From Mantamonas sphyraenae STR306 (Eukaryota > Protista > CRuMs): 64,000 nucleotides of DNA. How positions within the stretch are numbered: the stretch's first letter is position 1; each line of letters opens with the position of its first letter. Position numbers and translations under genes: made by a program. The notes beneath the pieces are model-generated. The model was not told where the DNA came from. It was given only the letters and a program-made list of their open reading frames with translations, and did no database searches. Below, piece after piece: positions 34,601 to 44,841 of this stretch. The DNA lies in NCBI GenBank assembly GCA_026936335.1, contig JAPMXV010000042.1, positions 620,001 to 684,000 of the forward strand, read 5' to 3'.

Positions 34601-35977
34601 GGCAGTGCCATCGGCTTGCCAAGCTTTCTGGTAGGCGAGCCATTCGTCGTGGTCGGGAAAGTCTGTGGGCGACTTGTCGATGCCGCTGTTCCAGTCGTGT
34701 ACCCACTCTTCACACGGCGTGTGGGGAGCTCCAAACAGGGTGTTTGCGTATCCAAAGGGCAGGGCCTGCCGCACGCTTTGGCCGGGGCTGACCTGCGACT
34801 CGATGGCAGAAAAGGCGTCGTACAGGGCGCGCACCACGTCTTTCTTCAGACCAGCATACATGACGCAGATCAGCACAGATCCCAGCGTGGTCATGGTCAA
34901 CATGATGTATGGGATGGATGGCTTCTCGCGAAAGTCCACCAAGCGCCCGGCGTCGTCAGCAAGAGCGTTGCCTTTGGATGAAAAGGTGAGCAGCTGATCG
35001 GCCAGATACTGCAGCTCAGAGCGCACGACAAGCACACCATCTACAGTAGCACCGTCTCGATCGGCAGCAAAGTCCAGCATGGCCGTGTAGGCCTTGGCAG
35101 AGATGAGGTTTGCAAAGCCGGTCACCTGGCTGGCGACAACCATGCGGTACTTTTCGATGAGATCTTGGGCCTTTTGGGGCATGGGAAGGGTGCAAATGAC
35201 CATGTCTGCATCGGAGGGGAGCTGGTTGAGCGGATTGCCGGCAACGGTGACGCTTTCAGGGACGAGATCGTAGTCCGAGGCGCACAGGATAGCCCACTCT
35301 TTGCCCTGGTTCGGGAACTGCGAGGCAAAGGCAGTGCTGGAAAGCATGGAGACTTCCCACACCAACTCGTCCAGCAGCTTGTACATGCCCTGGTAGCTGA
35401 AGAAGAGGGTCAAGAGGTAGTTGCGTGTCTTGCGTCCTCCATCCTGGGCGAGGAGAGACGAAGCATGTACGAGGAGCAGGGTAAGTGGACAATGTATGAA
35501 TGCGCACATGTCACCCAGCGCATTCGGTGGCTCGTCGTCCCAAACGTACCAGGATAAAGTGGATTGCGTTCTCGTCGCGGGCAACCGCCTTGTCGCTGTC
35601 CAAGCTCTCGCTGTACAGCAGATCACCAATCTTGAACAGGCCAACGAGATCTGCGAGGTGTGCATACCAATGTCCAACAGCAGGGCGTGAGTGTGAGTGC
35701 GTGACTGAGTGGGTTGGCGCGTGGAAGCAGAAGCGCAACCCTCCGACGTACCGTGTGCATACGTGCCTGGCTCCTCGTGGCTGAGGAGAACATGGCAGCC
35801 AGGATACTTGGAGAGGACGTCGGATGCAATGCGGCTGGCGTACATATGACCCGCTTGTGCGCCGGTAAACAGTTTGAGGTTGGTACAGAACAAGCGAGGA
35901 CCCCAGGAGCCATCCACAAGAGCTGAGCGGACAGCATCGCGCAGAGCAAGGTTTTCCGAGGTGGACAGGGCCTGCAT
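31682..35977 (-). CDS. Bifunctional FKP-type sugar-1-phosphate nucleotidyltransferase / GHMP (galactokinase-family) sugar kinase; 2 introns
   Basis: N-terminal half: HFIL|DGGRKTR, ILCASD, PLNQLPSDADMVICTL, LVDFREKPS, then a beta-helix-like stretch. C-terminal half: AGRINGGGAHTDW, WTHYVAGV, MGAGLSSSAA, SGVMDP, FNQRVRE, GAGWGG. Confidence 0.75.
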   Translation of the reverse strand: MQALSTSENLALRDAVRSALVDGSWGPRLFCTNLKLFTGAQAGHMYASRIASDVLSKYPGCHVLLSHEEPGTYAHGTSEGCASASTRQPTQSRTHTHALLLDIGMHTSQISLACSRLVICCTARAWTATRRLPATRTQSTLSWYVWDDEPPNALGDMCAFIHCPLTLLLVHASSLLAQDGGRKTRNYLLTLFFSYQGMYKLLDELVWEVSMLSSTAFASQFPNQGKEWAILCASDYDLVPESVTVAGNPLNQLPSDADMVICTLPMPQKAQDLIEKYRMVVASQVTGFANLISAKAYTAMLDFAADRDGATVDGVLVVRSELQYLADQLLTFSSKGNALADDAGRLVDFREKPSIPYIMLTMTTLGSVLICVMYAGLKKDVVRALYDAFSAIESQVSPGQSVRQALPFGYANTLFGAPHTPCEEWVHDWNSGIDKSPTDFPDHDEWLAYQKAWQADGTAIWQCAFDTLTKYTTYVASLGEGCIAGDLGQPDLYLQALYMRAFTNEGRTRARLLPLSQHTFGSTVADTVQLEVGDEAAFLLHNTVITGSGRLVVSNAHSHACVLLSDSYIHLEKDTELVIEPSASPDACVAIQSCFVGGGGHISQASQVLVVGFDSRTYGLTEQGGDQERNLIAHAPLLVAANEFVCTLSSAGTTSDHNQTFQRTHRWPLYRRANRVDALHGAKPLTFPIVNNWQSFGELAKQIDMDRMDARRQELIQVRLDEHSLEAHHLASQDNDTVWMAQLHAVLDTLPVSNRLQRTHEPYAAEQLLHQWLIPHVFHMAHTTASEVSWIQLVDTIVADVLPSAHGSDDDATRQRRRVLAWMLSWLASDSWLPVLESWRPGYNVEAQSRLMDVAVDEFAHQEVQLDAQRLSAGFRSIHGPLDPPERMYGCAGRINGGGAHTDWASMRAFGLAVSQRVCTAVRIVRTSSQRRLCVYSRNLQRGARMCTMPYTDAGLVDLSDAPVWTHYVAGVINEVCNRLSDVELPSLDLFIDSDLAMGAGLSSSAALLLSVATSTLSLIASDSPLLYEPVSLAQLCHDVENQVVGVASGVMDPLLIACAEKDRLSFVDCGHEPSLLASVSPHLQQVGYDLVIVDTGSTRQLSSHSDSEADSPLTNFNQRVREYHMALALLRHTGGGRLALDVSEWDVKRAQVPLECMVLPDGVDVSSLEIHAEPQGEDFIPFVAVGADPTDVRLLGYAQGTSAPQVAVLTATTPMLDVAEYMLHEDWRVAQVCALLTTASSSVAQLDWPRLQQHLLNWADDAEAEGLTFRAHTLRECAESDNAVLLSDFQRLFLVGALGMQSWHDKRHLFRGDSANGVLHRAYTLALQLNRMEDNEHGQLNCIGFLCPGAGWGGNIGLLLRRTHDDEAQDTNLLRLHALMGTSVDNDAIDLPNDIQPYALDVELQHSHGVSPEKIRIWRQFPEKGIVRME

Positions 35978-36087
35978 GACGTGTAGGTTCGGGCGGGGGG
36001 CGGGCGTGGGTTGTGAGGAGAAAAGGTGGAGGCGGGGGCGAAGAGAGGCGACGTCGCGGCCAACCCTTTCGAGCAGAAGCAAAGAGC

Positions 36088-37678
36088 ATGTCGTCTGGAA
36101 AAAGATTGTCGCCGGAAGAGCCGCTGACTGTGTGTGTGGCTGGAGGTGCGGGTTTCATTGGCTCGCACACGGCATTGAAGTTGAAAGAGGAGGGCCACAC
36201 AGTGATCGTGGCCGACTGGAAGAACAACGAGTTTATGGATCAAAGCGAGTACTGCGACACATTCCACCTTGTGGACCTGCGCACGCTGGAGAACTGCTTG
36301 GAAGTGACCAAAGGTTGCGATTGGGTGCTCAATTTCGCGGCAGACATGGGAGGTAAGGCGTGGAGGCGAGGTGGCGGGTGCGGTGCATTGGCCCACCGCA
36401 AGCAGTTTTCCCCAATTTGGCAGGGCCCTGAGCAGGGCACCCTGTTGCGCGATCGCTGACACAGTCTGTCGGTGTTCTACAGGCATGGGCTTCATCCAGA
36501 GCAACCACAGCGTGATCCTTTACAACAACACGATGATCAGGTGCGTGGTCAAAAAGAGAGTTTACACCTTGCGCGTGAGGCGCTGACACCCGTCGGGTTT
36601 CGCCTTTGCACGCGTCCTCCCACAGCTTCAACCTGGCCGAGGCCGCACGCCAGAACGGCGTGAAGCGCTTCTTTTATGCATCGAGTGCCTGTGTGTATCC
36701 GGAGCACATCCAGATGACAGAAGATCTGCAGGAAGGTGGGTGTGCGCAAAGACGTTTCGGAGCGGTTTTTTCGGTGAGGCTGGTCTCGGGACCTCTCCCG
36801 AGACCAGGGGAAGCATGGGCGTTCTGTGCGGCATCACCGACAACACAGGGCACTGACACGTGATGCGTGCTACATGGGGCCACACTCGGAATCGTGCCTG
36901 CGTAGGCCTGAAGGAAGATATGGCGTGGCCTGCACAGCCGCAGGATGCGTACGGCATTGAAAAGATCTGCTCGGAAGAACTGCTCATGTACTACCACAAG
37001 GACTTCCCTGAGATGGAGACGCGCATCGCACGATTCCACAACATCTACGGCCCGCGCGGCAGCTGGCGAGGTGAGTTTGTTGCGTGAGAAGCGGCTGCTG
37101 CTGTGGTGTTGCTGGTGTCTCGCCTCCTCTCGCTCACGCTCACACGGGTCGTGTACTTGTGTCTTGGTGTCTTGGTGTCTTGGTGTCTGGCAGGCGGTCG
37201 CGAAAAGGCCCCTGCTGCGTTCTGCCGCAAAGTGCTGTCGTCGGAATCGGAGTTTGAGATGTGGGGCTCGGGCAAGCAGACGCGCTCGTTCTGCCTGGTG
37301 GATGACTGCGTGGAGGGCGTGCTGCGTCTCATGCAGTCGGACTACAAGAAGCCTATCAACATCGGTTCGGAAGAGATGGTGAGCATGGACCAAATGGCCA
37401 AGCTGATCATGACTTTCGAGGACAAGCAGCTGGAAATCAAACACATCGACGGGCCCGAGGGTGTCAAAGGTCGCAACAGCAACAACGAACTGATTCGTGA
37501 GGTGTTGGGATGGGAGCCGACCACCAAACTGGAGGATGGTCTGCGCCTGACCTACAACTGGATCAAGGAGCAGATTGAGGCTGAGCAGGCACAGGGTATC
37601 GAGGAGGACTACAGCCACTCTGAGGTGGTTCCTGCACATGCCCCGTCGCAGCTGGGCGAAACCTTGGACAAGGAGTGA
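36088..37678 (+). CDS. GME: GDP-D-mannose 3',5'-epimerase; 4 introns
   Basis: GGAGFIGSH, DWKNNEFM, NFAADMGGMGFIQSNHSVILYNNTMISFN, FFYASSACVYPE, AWPAQPQDAYGIEK, RFHNIYGP, GGREKAPAAFCRK, GPEGVKGRNS. Confidence 0.95.
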
Positions 37679-37737
37679 ACGCAAGCTGCAAATGGCGGAG
37701 AGGAGAAATGGAAAACGCAAAGCAGACGCCGTGTGAA

Positions 37738-38636
37738 TCAATTTAGTGAATCCAGCACCCGGTGAAACAGTAGCGTGAACATCTCTGTGGTGAAGACGTA
37801 CGTCAGCCCGGTTTCCATGCGCACACGACTCCGTACAAGGCCACAGTGCGTCCTGTGGTGGACTTGGGTCTGCTATGGCTTACCATACACGTTATCGCCG
37901 CTCTTGGCTGACGTTTCAAAATAATAAAACGAGTACTGGTCTGCATACTCCTGGCCCTCCTCTGAGGAGACGGCGCGTTGCTTGGTGTCGCACTTGTTTG
38001 CACAAAGCACGACAACGGGTGGCAGCCCGTATTTGCGAGCCTCGTCCAACCAGTCGTCCAAGGCCTCAAACGTGCGGCGTGACGACACGTCGTATACCAA
38101 GAGTGCCTGTGCGTGTGGGCGAGCGATGGAAATGTGTCTGTGGCGTGAGCGGGCGGGGGTGGAACGAACTGAACACAACGGATTCTTGCGCGCCAAAAAC
38201 CCACCCCCTGTGCCATATCGTAGAACTCGTTGCGCACTTCCAGGTGGTACTCTGAGCCGCTCATGTCCCAAATGTTGACGCGCACGTCCTGGCCGTCGAT
38301 GTCCACCTTGTGCACGCCGTAGTCGACACCAATGGTTGAGTAGTACTTTTCCACAAACTGGGCAAAGGAAGGGTCAGTGGCTGCCAAACTGCTCTTGTAT
38401 GTGTGTGTGTGTGTGCGTGTGTGTGTGTATGTGCTGAATTGTGCGGATTGGTGGTCACGCAACGATACAGAGTCTGGCCGTACCTTTTCTTCTGCAAAGC
38501 GTTTCACAAGGCAGGTCTTGCCGACGCGCACTTGGCCCATGGTAACAATCTTGATGCGGCGTATCTTGGCCACTTCAGCAGAGATCGTCTCCGTGTCCAA
38601 CGAGGGGCGCTGGATGACGTCCTCGGAGCTGCTCAT
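37738..38636 (-). CDS. RJL: RJL-family Ras-like GTPase (DNAJC27/Rbj GTPase domain, no J domain); 3 introns
   Basis: RIKIVTMGQVRVGKTCLVKRF, KYYSTIGVDYGV, NIWDMSG, EVRNEFY, CANKCD, ETSAK. No C-terminal prenylation motif. Confidence 0.85.
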
Positions 38637-38791
38637 CACGTGGCAGAGCAGTTTGAATTGACTTCCACGTCGCACTCGCAATCCATGGCATGTGAAGGGT
38701 GTCTTGGCAAAACCAGTGATTCCTTGTTGTTCTCCGCCTTGAAACCCACATGTGCTGGTGATGGTGCGCATCGCGGGGCAGTCAATTCCAG

Positions 38792-38800
38792 ATGAGCAGC

Positions 38801-38834
<34 letters not shown>

Positions 38835-41800
38835 GTAGTAGCAGCAGCAGCAGCAGCGACGAGGGTACGCGCCAGTCGCTGAAGCGTGAGCAAATGGACG
38901 ACGACGAGGAGATGGATCTGGAGGATGAGGACTTTTTTGCAGAAGAGAAGCGCACAAAGATGCAGCGCACAGAGAGCGCGATGAGCAGTTCCTCGTACTC
39001 GCTGGTTGTCGACGATTACGACGAAGATGAGGATATGGTACGTGTGGCGTGCAATGCATGGTGGTGGAGGTGCGGGAGAACCTTCTTCTGTGCGTCTCAG
39101 AGAGACCGAGAGAGAAAGAAAGTGTGTTGTGTGCCAATCGGCGACTGACGTGCGGCTGATCACTCGTTTCCGTGCTCAGTTTCCCGAGGAGTTTGAACTC
39201 GATGAGTACAAACTGGACGCGCTGGACGCTGTTGCAGACATCGAGAAGCAGTGGAGCAGGCCGCCCCTGCCCGAGCTGGATCCCCTGGACGATACCATCG
39301 GTAGGTTGCGGATCTCGGGAAAAGCGCGCCAAATTGGCGCGTTTTTGGTGGCGTTTTGTTGACTGCGTCACATGTGTTTGCCGTGCCCATGTGTATCCGC
39401 CACGGCTCACATCGTTCCCCCCACACAGTGTTCCAGCAGCTGGATGTTGACTACACAGTGATTCCGCAGCCTGTGCCTGGCATGCCGGGCAAGCAGAAGG
39501 GCAAGGTTCCCGAAGTGCGAATGTACGGCGTGACACAAGAGGGCAACTCGGTGGCTGTGCACGTCCATGGCTTCCTCCCCTACATGTACATAGAGGCACC
39601 GCCCAACTTCTCGGGCGACAAGTGCGCCGAGGTGCGGCAGTTCCTCAATGACCAGCTGCAAAAGCGAGTGCGTGATCGAGACCAGTGCGACGAGTATTGC
39701 CTCGCTGTGGACCTCGTGGAAAAGAGCTCCATCATGGGCTACGACCCAAACGGCACTGTCGTGCCGTTCTTGCGCATCTGCGTCTCGCTGCCCTCACACA
39801 TCCCGACTCTGCGAAAGCTCTGTTCCGACGGCATTGCCATCCCCGGCGCGTCCTATCGCGAGTACCAGACCTACGAGGCCAATCTCCAGTTTGTCCTGCG
39901 CTTCATGATTGACCAAAAGGTGGTGGGTGGTAACTGGATCGAGCTGCCTGCAGGCACCTACAAGGTGCGCTCTGCAAGTCGCAAGGAGCTGCGTTGCCAG
40001 CTGGAGGTTGATGTGGCCTACGACGAGTTTGTCAGCCACGAACCCGTCGGAGATTGGTCGCACCTCGCTCCCATGCGCATCATGAGCTTTGACATCGAGT
40101 GTGCCGGTCGCAAGGGCCACTTTCCTGACGCAAAAATCGACAAGGTCATCCAGATTGCCAATGTGGTGCAGGTGCAAGGCGAATCGGACACCCTCATCAA
40201 GAACGTGATGGTGCTGGGCACCTGTGCAAACATTGTGGGCACAGACGTCCTCACATACTCTTCCGAGGCCGATTTGCTCATGGCCTGGCGGCGCTTCGTG
40301 GAGATCTGCGACCCAGACATCATCACGGGCTACAACATCGTCAACTTTGATCTGCCTTACCTCATTGACCGCGCAGCGGCTCTTGACAGCACGCAGTGCA
40401 GTGGGTTCCCGCTCCTTGGGCGGGTTATGCGCAAGCGATCCGTCATCAAGACTCAGACGTTCTCCTCCAAGGCATACGGCACCCGCGAGAACAAGGACAT
40501 CAACATTGAGGGCCGCGTGCAGTTTGACCTTTTGCAAATCATCAGGCGCGAGCACAAGTTGAGCTCGTACACGCTCAACGCAGTCAGCGCAACCTTTCTC
40601 AACGAGCAGAAGGAGGATGTGCACCATTCCATCATCACAGAGTTGCACGAAGGCAACGACGAAACCCGCCGACGCCTGGCTGTGTACTGCGTGAAAGACG
40701 CCGCGCTTCCGTTGAAGCTGCTCAACAAGCTCATGGCTCTGATCAATCACATCGAGATGGCGCGTGTGACGGGCGTGCCCATTCCGTGGCTTCTGACACG
40801 CGGTCAAACCATCAAGGTCATCTCGCAGCTGTACCGCAAGGCCAACGCCATGGACATGCTCATTCCGGTCGTGCCTTCGCAGGCCAACGGCGACGCAGTC
40901 GCCTACGAAGGCGCCACGGTGATTGAACCTGTGCGTGGCTTCTACCGAGAACCCATTGCCACTCTCGACTTTTCCTCACTGTATCCGTCCATCATGATGG
41001 CCAACAACCTGTGCTACTCGACTCTGATTAGCAAAGCCAAGTCGCGGGAGATGCCCAAGGACGATTTTATTGTCACGCCCACAGGGGACCACTTTGCGCG
41101 CGCGCATGTGCGCAAAGGACTGTTGCCAATCATTTTGGAGGAGCTGCTGAGTGCGCGAAAGAAGGCCAAGGCCGACCTGAAGAAAGAGACGGACAAGTTC
41201 AAGAAGGGGGTGCTCAACGGACGCCAGCTGGCGTTGAAGATCTCAGCCAACTCCGTGTACGGTTTCACGGGTGCCACGATCGGCAAGCTGCCGTGTCTGG
41301 AGATTTCCAGCAGCACGACTGCATTTGGACGCGAGATGATCGAGCTGACCAAGAACACGGTGGAGAAGGAGTATCCCGGGGCCAAGGTCGTCTACGGTGA
41401 CACAGATTCAGTGATGATCAAGTTTGCCAACGCGGAAACGGTGGCCGAGTCGATGGAACTGGGCCATGTGGCCGCGAAGCTGGTGACGGCAAAGTTCCCG
41501 CAGCCGATCCGGTTGGAGTTTGAAAAAGTGTACTACCCGTACCTGCTGATCAACAAGAAACGCTACGCAGGGCTGTACTGGACCAATGCAGACAAGTACG
41601 ATAAGTTGGACACCAAGGGTATCGAAACGGTGCGCCGCGACAACTGTTTGCTTGTGCGCAAGGTGATCAGCACCTGCCTGAACAAGATTCTTATCGAACA
41701 GGATCTGGACGGTGCGATCGAGTACACCAAAGGTCAGATCAGCGACCTGCTGCAGAACAGGCTGGACCTGTCCTACCTGGTGATCACCAAGTCGCTGAGC

Positions 41801-42451
41801 AAGGACAACGAGCAGTACAACGCGTCGCAGGCACACGCAGCGCTGGCTGCACGCATGCGCAAGCGTGACCCGGGCTCTGCACCGCGGGTCGGTGACCGTG
41901 TACCCTACGTCATGATCAAGGCGGGCAAGAATGCAAAGGGAGTGGACAAGAGCGAGGACCCCATCTACGTGCTGGAGAACAATCTGAGCATCGACACGAC
42001 GTACTACCTTGAGAATCAGCTGTCCAAACCGCTGCTGCGCATCTTTTCACCCATCATTGGTGAGCGGGACGCCGAAACGCTGCTGAAGGGGTCGCACACG
42101 TTTTCCAAGCAGAAACAGACACCCACGCATGGGAAGGGCATCATGAAGTTTGCAGTGAAACATCTGACGTGTATCGGGTGCCGTTCCGTGCTCTCGGGAT
42201 CGGAAAAGTCATTGTGCAACAACTGCAAGGAGAACGAAGCATTCTACTTCCGGCGCTCGATGGATCGTCTGGCAGAAACAGAGCAGCTGCATGCCAAGCT
42301 GTGGACTCAGTGCCAGCGCTGCCAGGGCTCTCTGCATCAGGACGTGTTGTGCACGAACAAGGATTGTCCCATTTTCTACTCGCGCAAAAAGGTCCAGAAG
42401 GACATGAAGGAGGCACAGAAGGTGGTGGATCGGTTCAACATCAACTGGTGA
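38792..42451 (+). CDS. POLD1: DNA polymerase delta catalytic subunit; 2 introns
   Basis: SFDIEC, GYNIVNFDLPY, LDFSSLYPSIM, KISANSVYGFTG, YGDTDS, CysA and CysB (CQRCQGSLHQDVLCTNKDCPIFY). Confidence 0.98.
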
Positions 42452-42525
42452 GCAGGTTGCTGAGAGGTATGTGTGGTGTGTGTGGGTGCGAATTCGAATG
42501 AACACCACCTCGACCACAACAAAAA

Positions 42526-44763
42526 ATGTCAGCTTCCCGACACCTGAAGGCCTTGGGCATTGCATTGCCGCAGAGCAAGACATCGCATGGGCGCAGGGTG
42601 GCACCGACACGACAGATGGCCACCGTAATGAGTGCGCGTCGAAAGCACAAGCAGTGGACGCGCAACAAGTTTGGGACGGCGCACTACAACGAGATGCGTG
42701 TGGGCACCGAGGAAGCTGGACGCGGGAGGACACAGCAGCGCATGTCTGGAGGCAACAGGGTGGATTTGTCTGCCTTGGTCGAGGAGCAGCGTGCCATGCA
42801 GCGAAAGAGGTCGAGCAGCCGGGAAAGTCGAGACGACTCGGCACTGCCAACGCCGAGCAGCAAACGCTCGCGCGTAGAAAGCGATGTTCACGAGCAGGAC
42901 GACGACCGCATGCTGTAAGTTGGCCACCAGCATGCATAAAGAGTGTGACGAACGCCCACACGTGTGTGCGTGTGTGTTTGTGTGTGTTCCAACGTGCATG
43001 CGAAAGTCGCAGGAGGTGTCAGGAAACGCGCTGATGGGTGCGGGGTGATCAGCACTTTCGCGCCAAAAACGGGGAGACAGCTGGTGACACGTGCTGGCTT
43101 GGAATGTCGCACGCTGGAGCAGCGCATATGGACGTGATGACCGCGCGCCACCAACTGACACGGTGTGCGTGTGCATTGCATGTGCATCTTGTGCACACAC
43201 AGGGCGTCGACACCGAGCCGGCAGGTGATGTCTCGGGAGCAGCTCCCGCCAAAACACAAAACGAAGCCGCGTGCGACAGTGAAACACCTACAGATGGAGT
43301 CACAGTCGCAGGTGCATGTCAACACATCCACGCACGGCGAAGGCAAGCGGGTGCGGCAGTTGGATGATGTGGAGCGTCGCAACTACGTGAAACGCGAGTT
43401 GGGACGGCACTTTAACCGCACTGCTGCGGAGGCGCAGGAGAGCAATGAGGACAACGCAGACGAGGCGCAGGAGGTTGCGGATGCGATGGAGGTTGTTGTG
43501 GTGGAGGAGAACGAAGAGGACGAGGAGGAGGACGATATTCAGCGCGCCGTGCGAATGTCGATGCAGGCGAGGCAGCTGCTCGGCAGCGACGACACGCATG
43601 AAGACAGGGGATCACAGGACGAGATGGATAGTGATGACGATGACAACGATGACAACGATGATGACGGCAGCAGCAGCAGCAGCGAGGAGGACCCGGCCGA
43701 GTTTACAGTGCTTTTCAACAGCCCGACGGACACACGTGCGCGTGTGGCACGTGACAGGGCACACCGCTCGCCATCAGTGCACAGGGAACACACCGGCATC
43801 ACAACTCACCAAGGGCCACGTGCACACGCACAGAGCAGCAGCAGCACCAGCACCAGCACCAGCACCAGCAGCTCCTCTTCACCCGGTCGTTCAAGCACAC
43901 TCGTGCAGACACGACTCGATCTGGGACAAAGCCTCAAGACCACAAGGACATGCTTATTGTGCGGTGGCGAGTACGACTCTGTCGACGAGTCGTGTGTGGA
44001 GACGCACAAGGTGTGCACGCTGACCCTGGAGCGTGGTGCTGCTTGGCGTGGCGCACTGCCCAGCGAACGTCTCACCCTCAGCACACATGTTTCGGGCAAG
44101 TATGACTGTGTGTTCCAAGTGACGCGCTCCCAGCTGGACTCGGACGCCGTACGCAACACGCTGCGCATGATGGAACTCGACCTTGGTCTTCCCTTCTCCA
44201 TCGAGGCAGGCCAAACCCTGTATTTTTATTTGGATGCCACCCGCAAGCGTATTGTGGCAGCCGTCGTCGGCCAAGCCAACGTCCGCGCCGAAAAGATGCG
44301 CCTGGTTCGCAAGCAGACTTCTTCGTCCGACGACGACTCTGCAGCCTCTTCTTCCTCTTCTTCCTCCACATCCTCCTCACTTCGCAAGCAAACCCAGCGC
44401 AAACTCGACATGCTCAAGCGCGCTCGGCCCCTTACATCCATCCTCGCGGGATCGGCACGGTCGTCCTCGTCGTCCTCGTCCACCACCTCGTCCACCTCTT
44501 CCAACGTGTCATCTGTGGCTGAGGACACCGAATGGGTACGCACGGGAGAGTATCAACGCTGCAAAATCGGTGTCGTCCGCATGTGGACGCATCAATCTTT
44601 CCGAAGACAGGGTAAGTGTCGCACCATCATCGACTACATGCGCAAAAAGATGGTTGTGGGCTCGGTCAAGAAGAGCGAATTGGCCTTTACCGTCACCACA
44701 TCTCTGGGTGAGTTCTTTGTCGACGACTATGCTCGCCAACAGGGAGTACGATTCGTTTTTTGA
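42526..44763 (+). CDS. ECO1: Eco1/ESCO-like cohesin acetyltransferase (divergent); 1 intron; start codon uncertain
   Basis: PIP-like LVQTRLDLGQ, zinc finger CLLCGGEY...H, GNAT C-terminus CKIGVVRMWTHQSFRRQG...LAFTVTTSLG. Confidence 0.75.
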
Positions 44764-44841
44764 CCAGAGCAGAAAGAGAATGATTCGCAATGAACTGAAC
44801 TGACCGTCTTCATTTCCGCGCTTGCTTCAGTCGCGACTGTT

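Noticed and set aside
35740-35770. Possible GC-AG intron in the kinase fusion gene
   Set aside because: A canonical GTACGT donor in the same phase lies 15 nt away, so a GC donor is not required.
37158-37188. Short tandem (GTGTCTTG)n array as CRISPR-like or telomeric repeat
   Set aside because: Only 3-4 spacerless units inside a GME intron; an ordinary minisatellite.
37803-39599. 598-aa minus-strand ORF that seems to fuse a long N-terminus to a GTPase
   Set aside because: Read-through of POLD1 antisense sequence and RJL introns. The real RJL starts at 38636.
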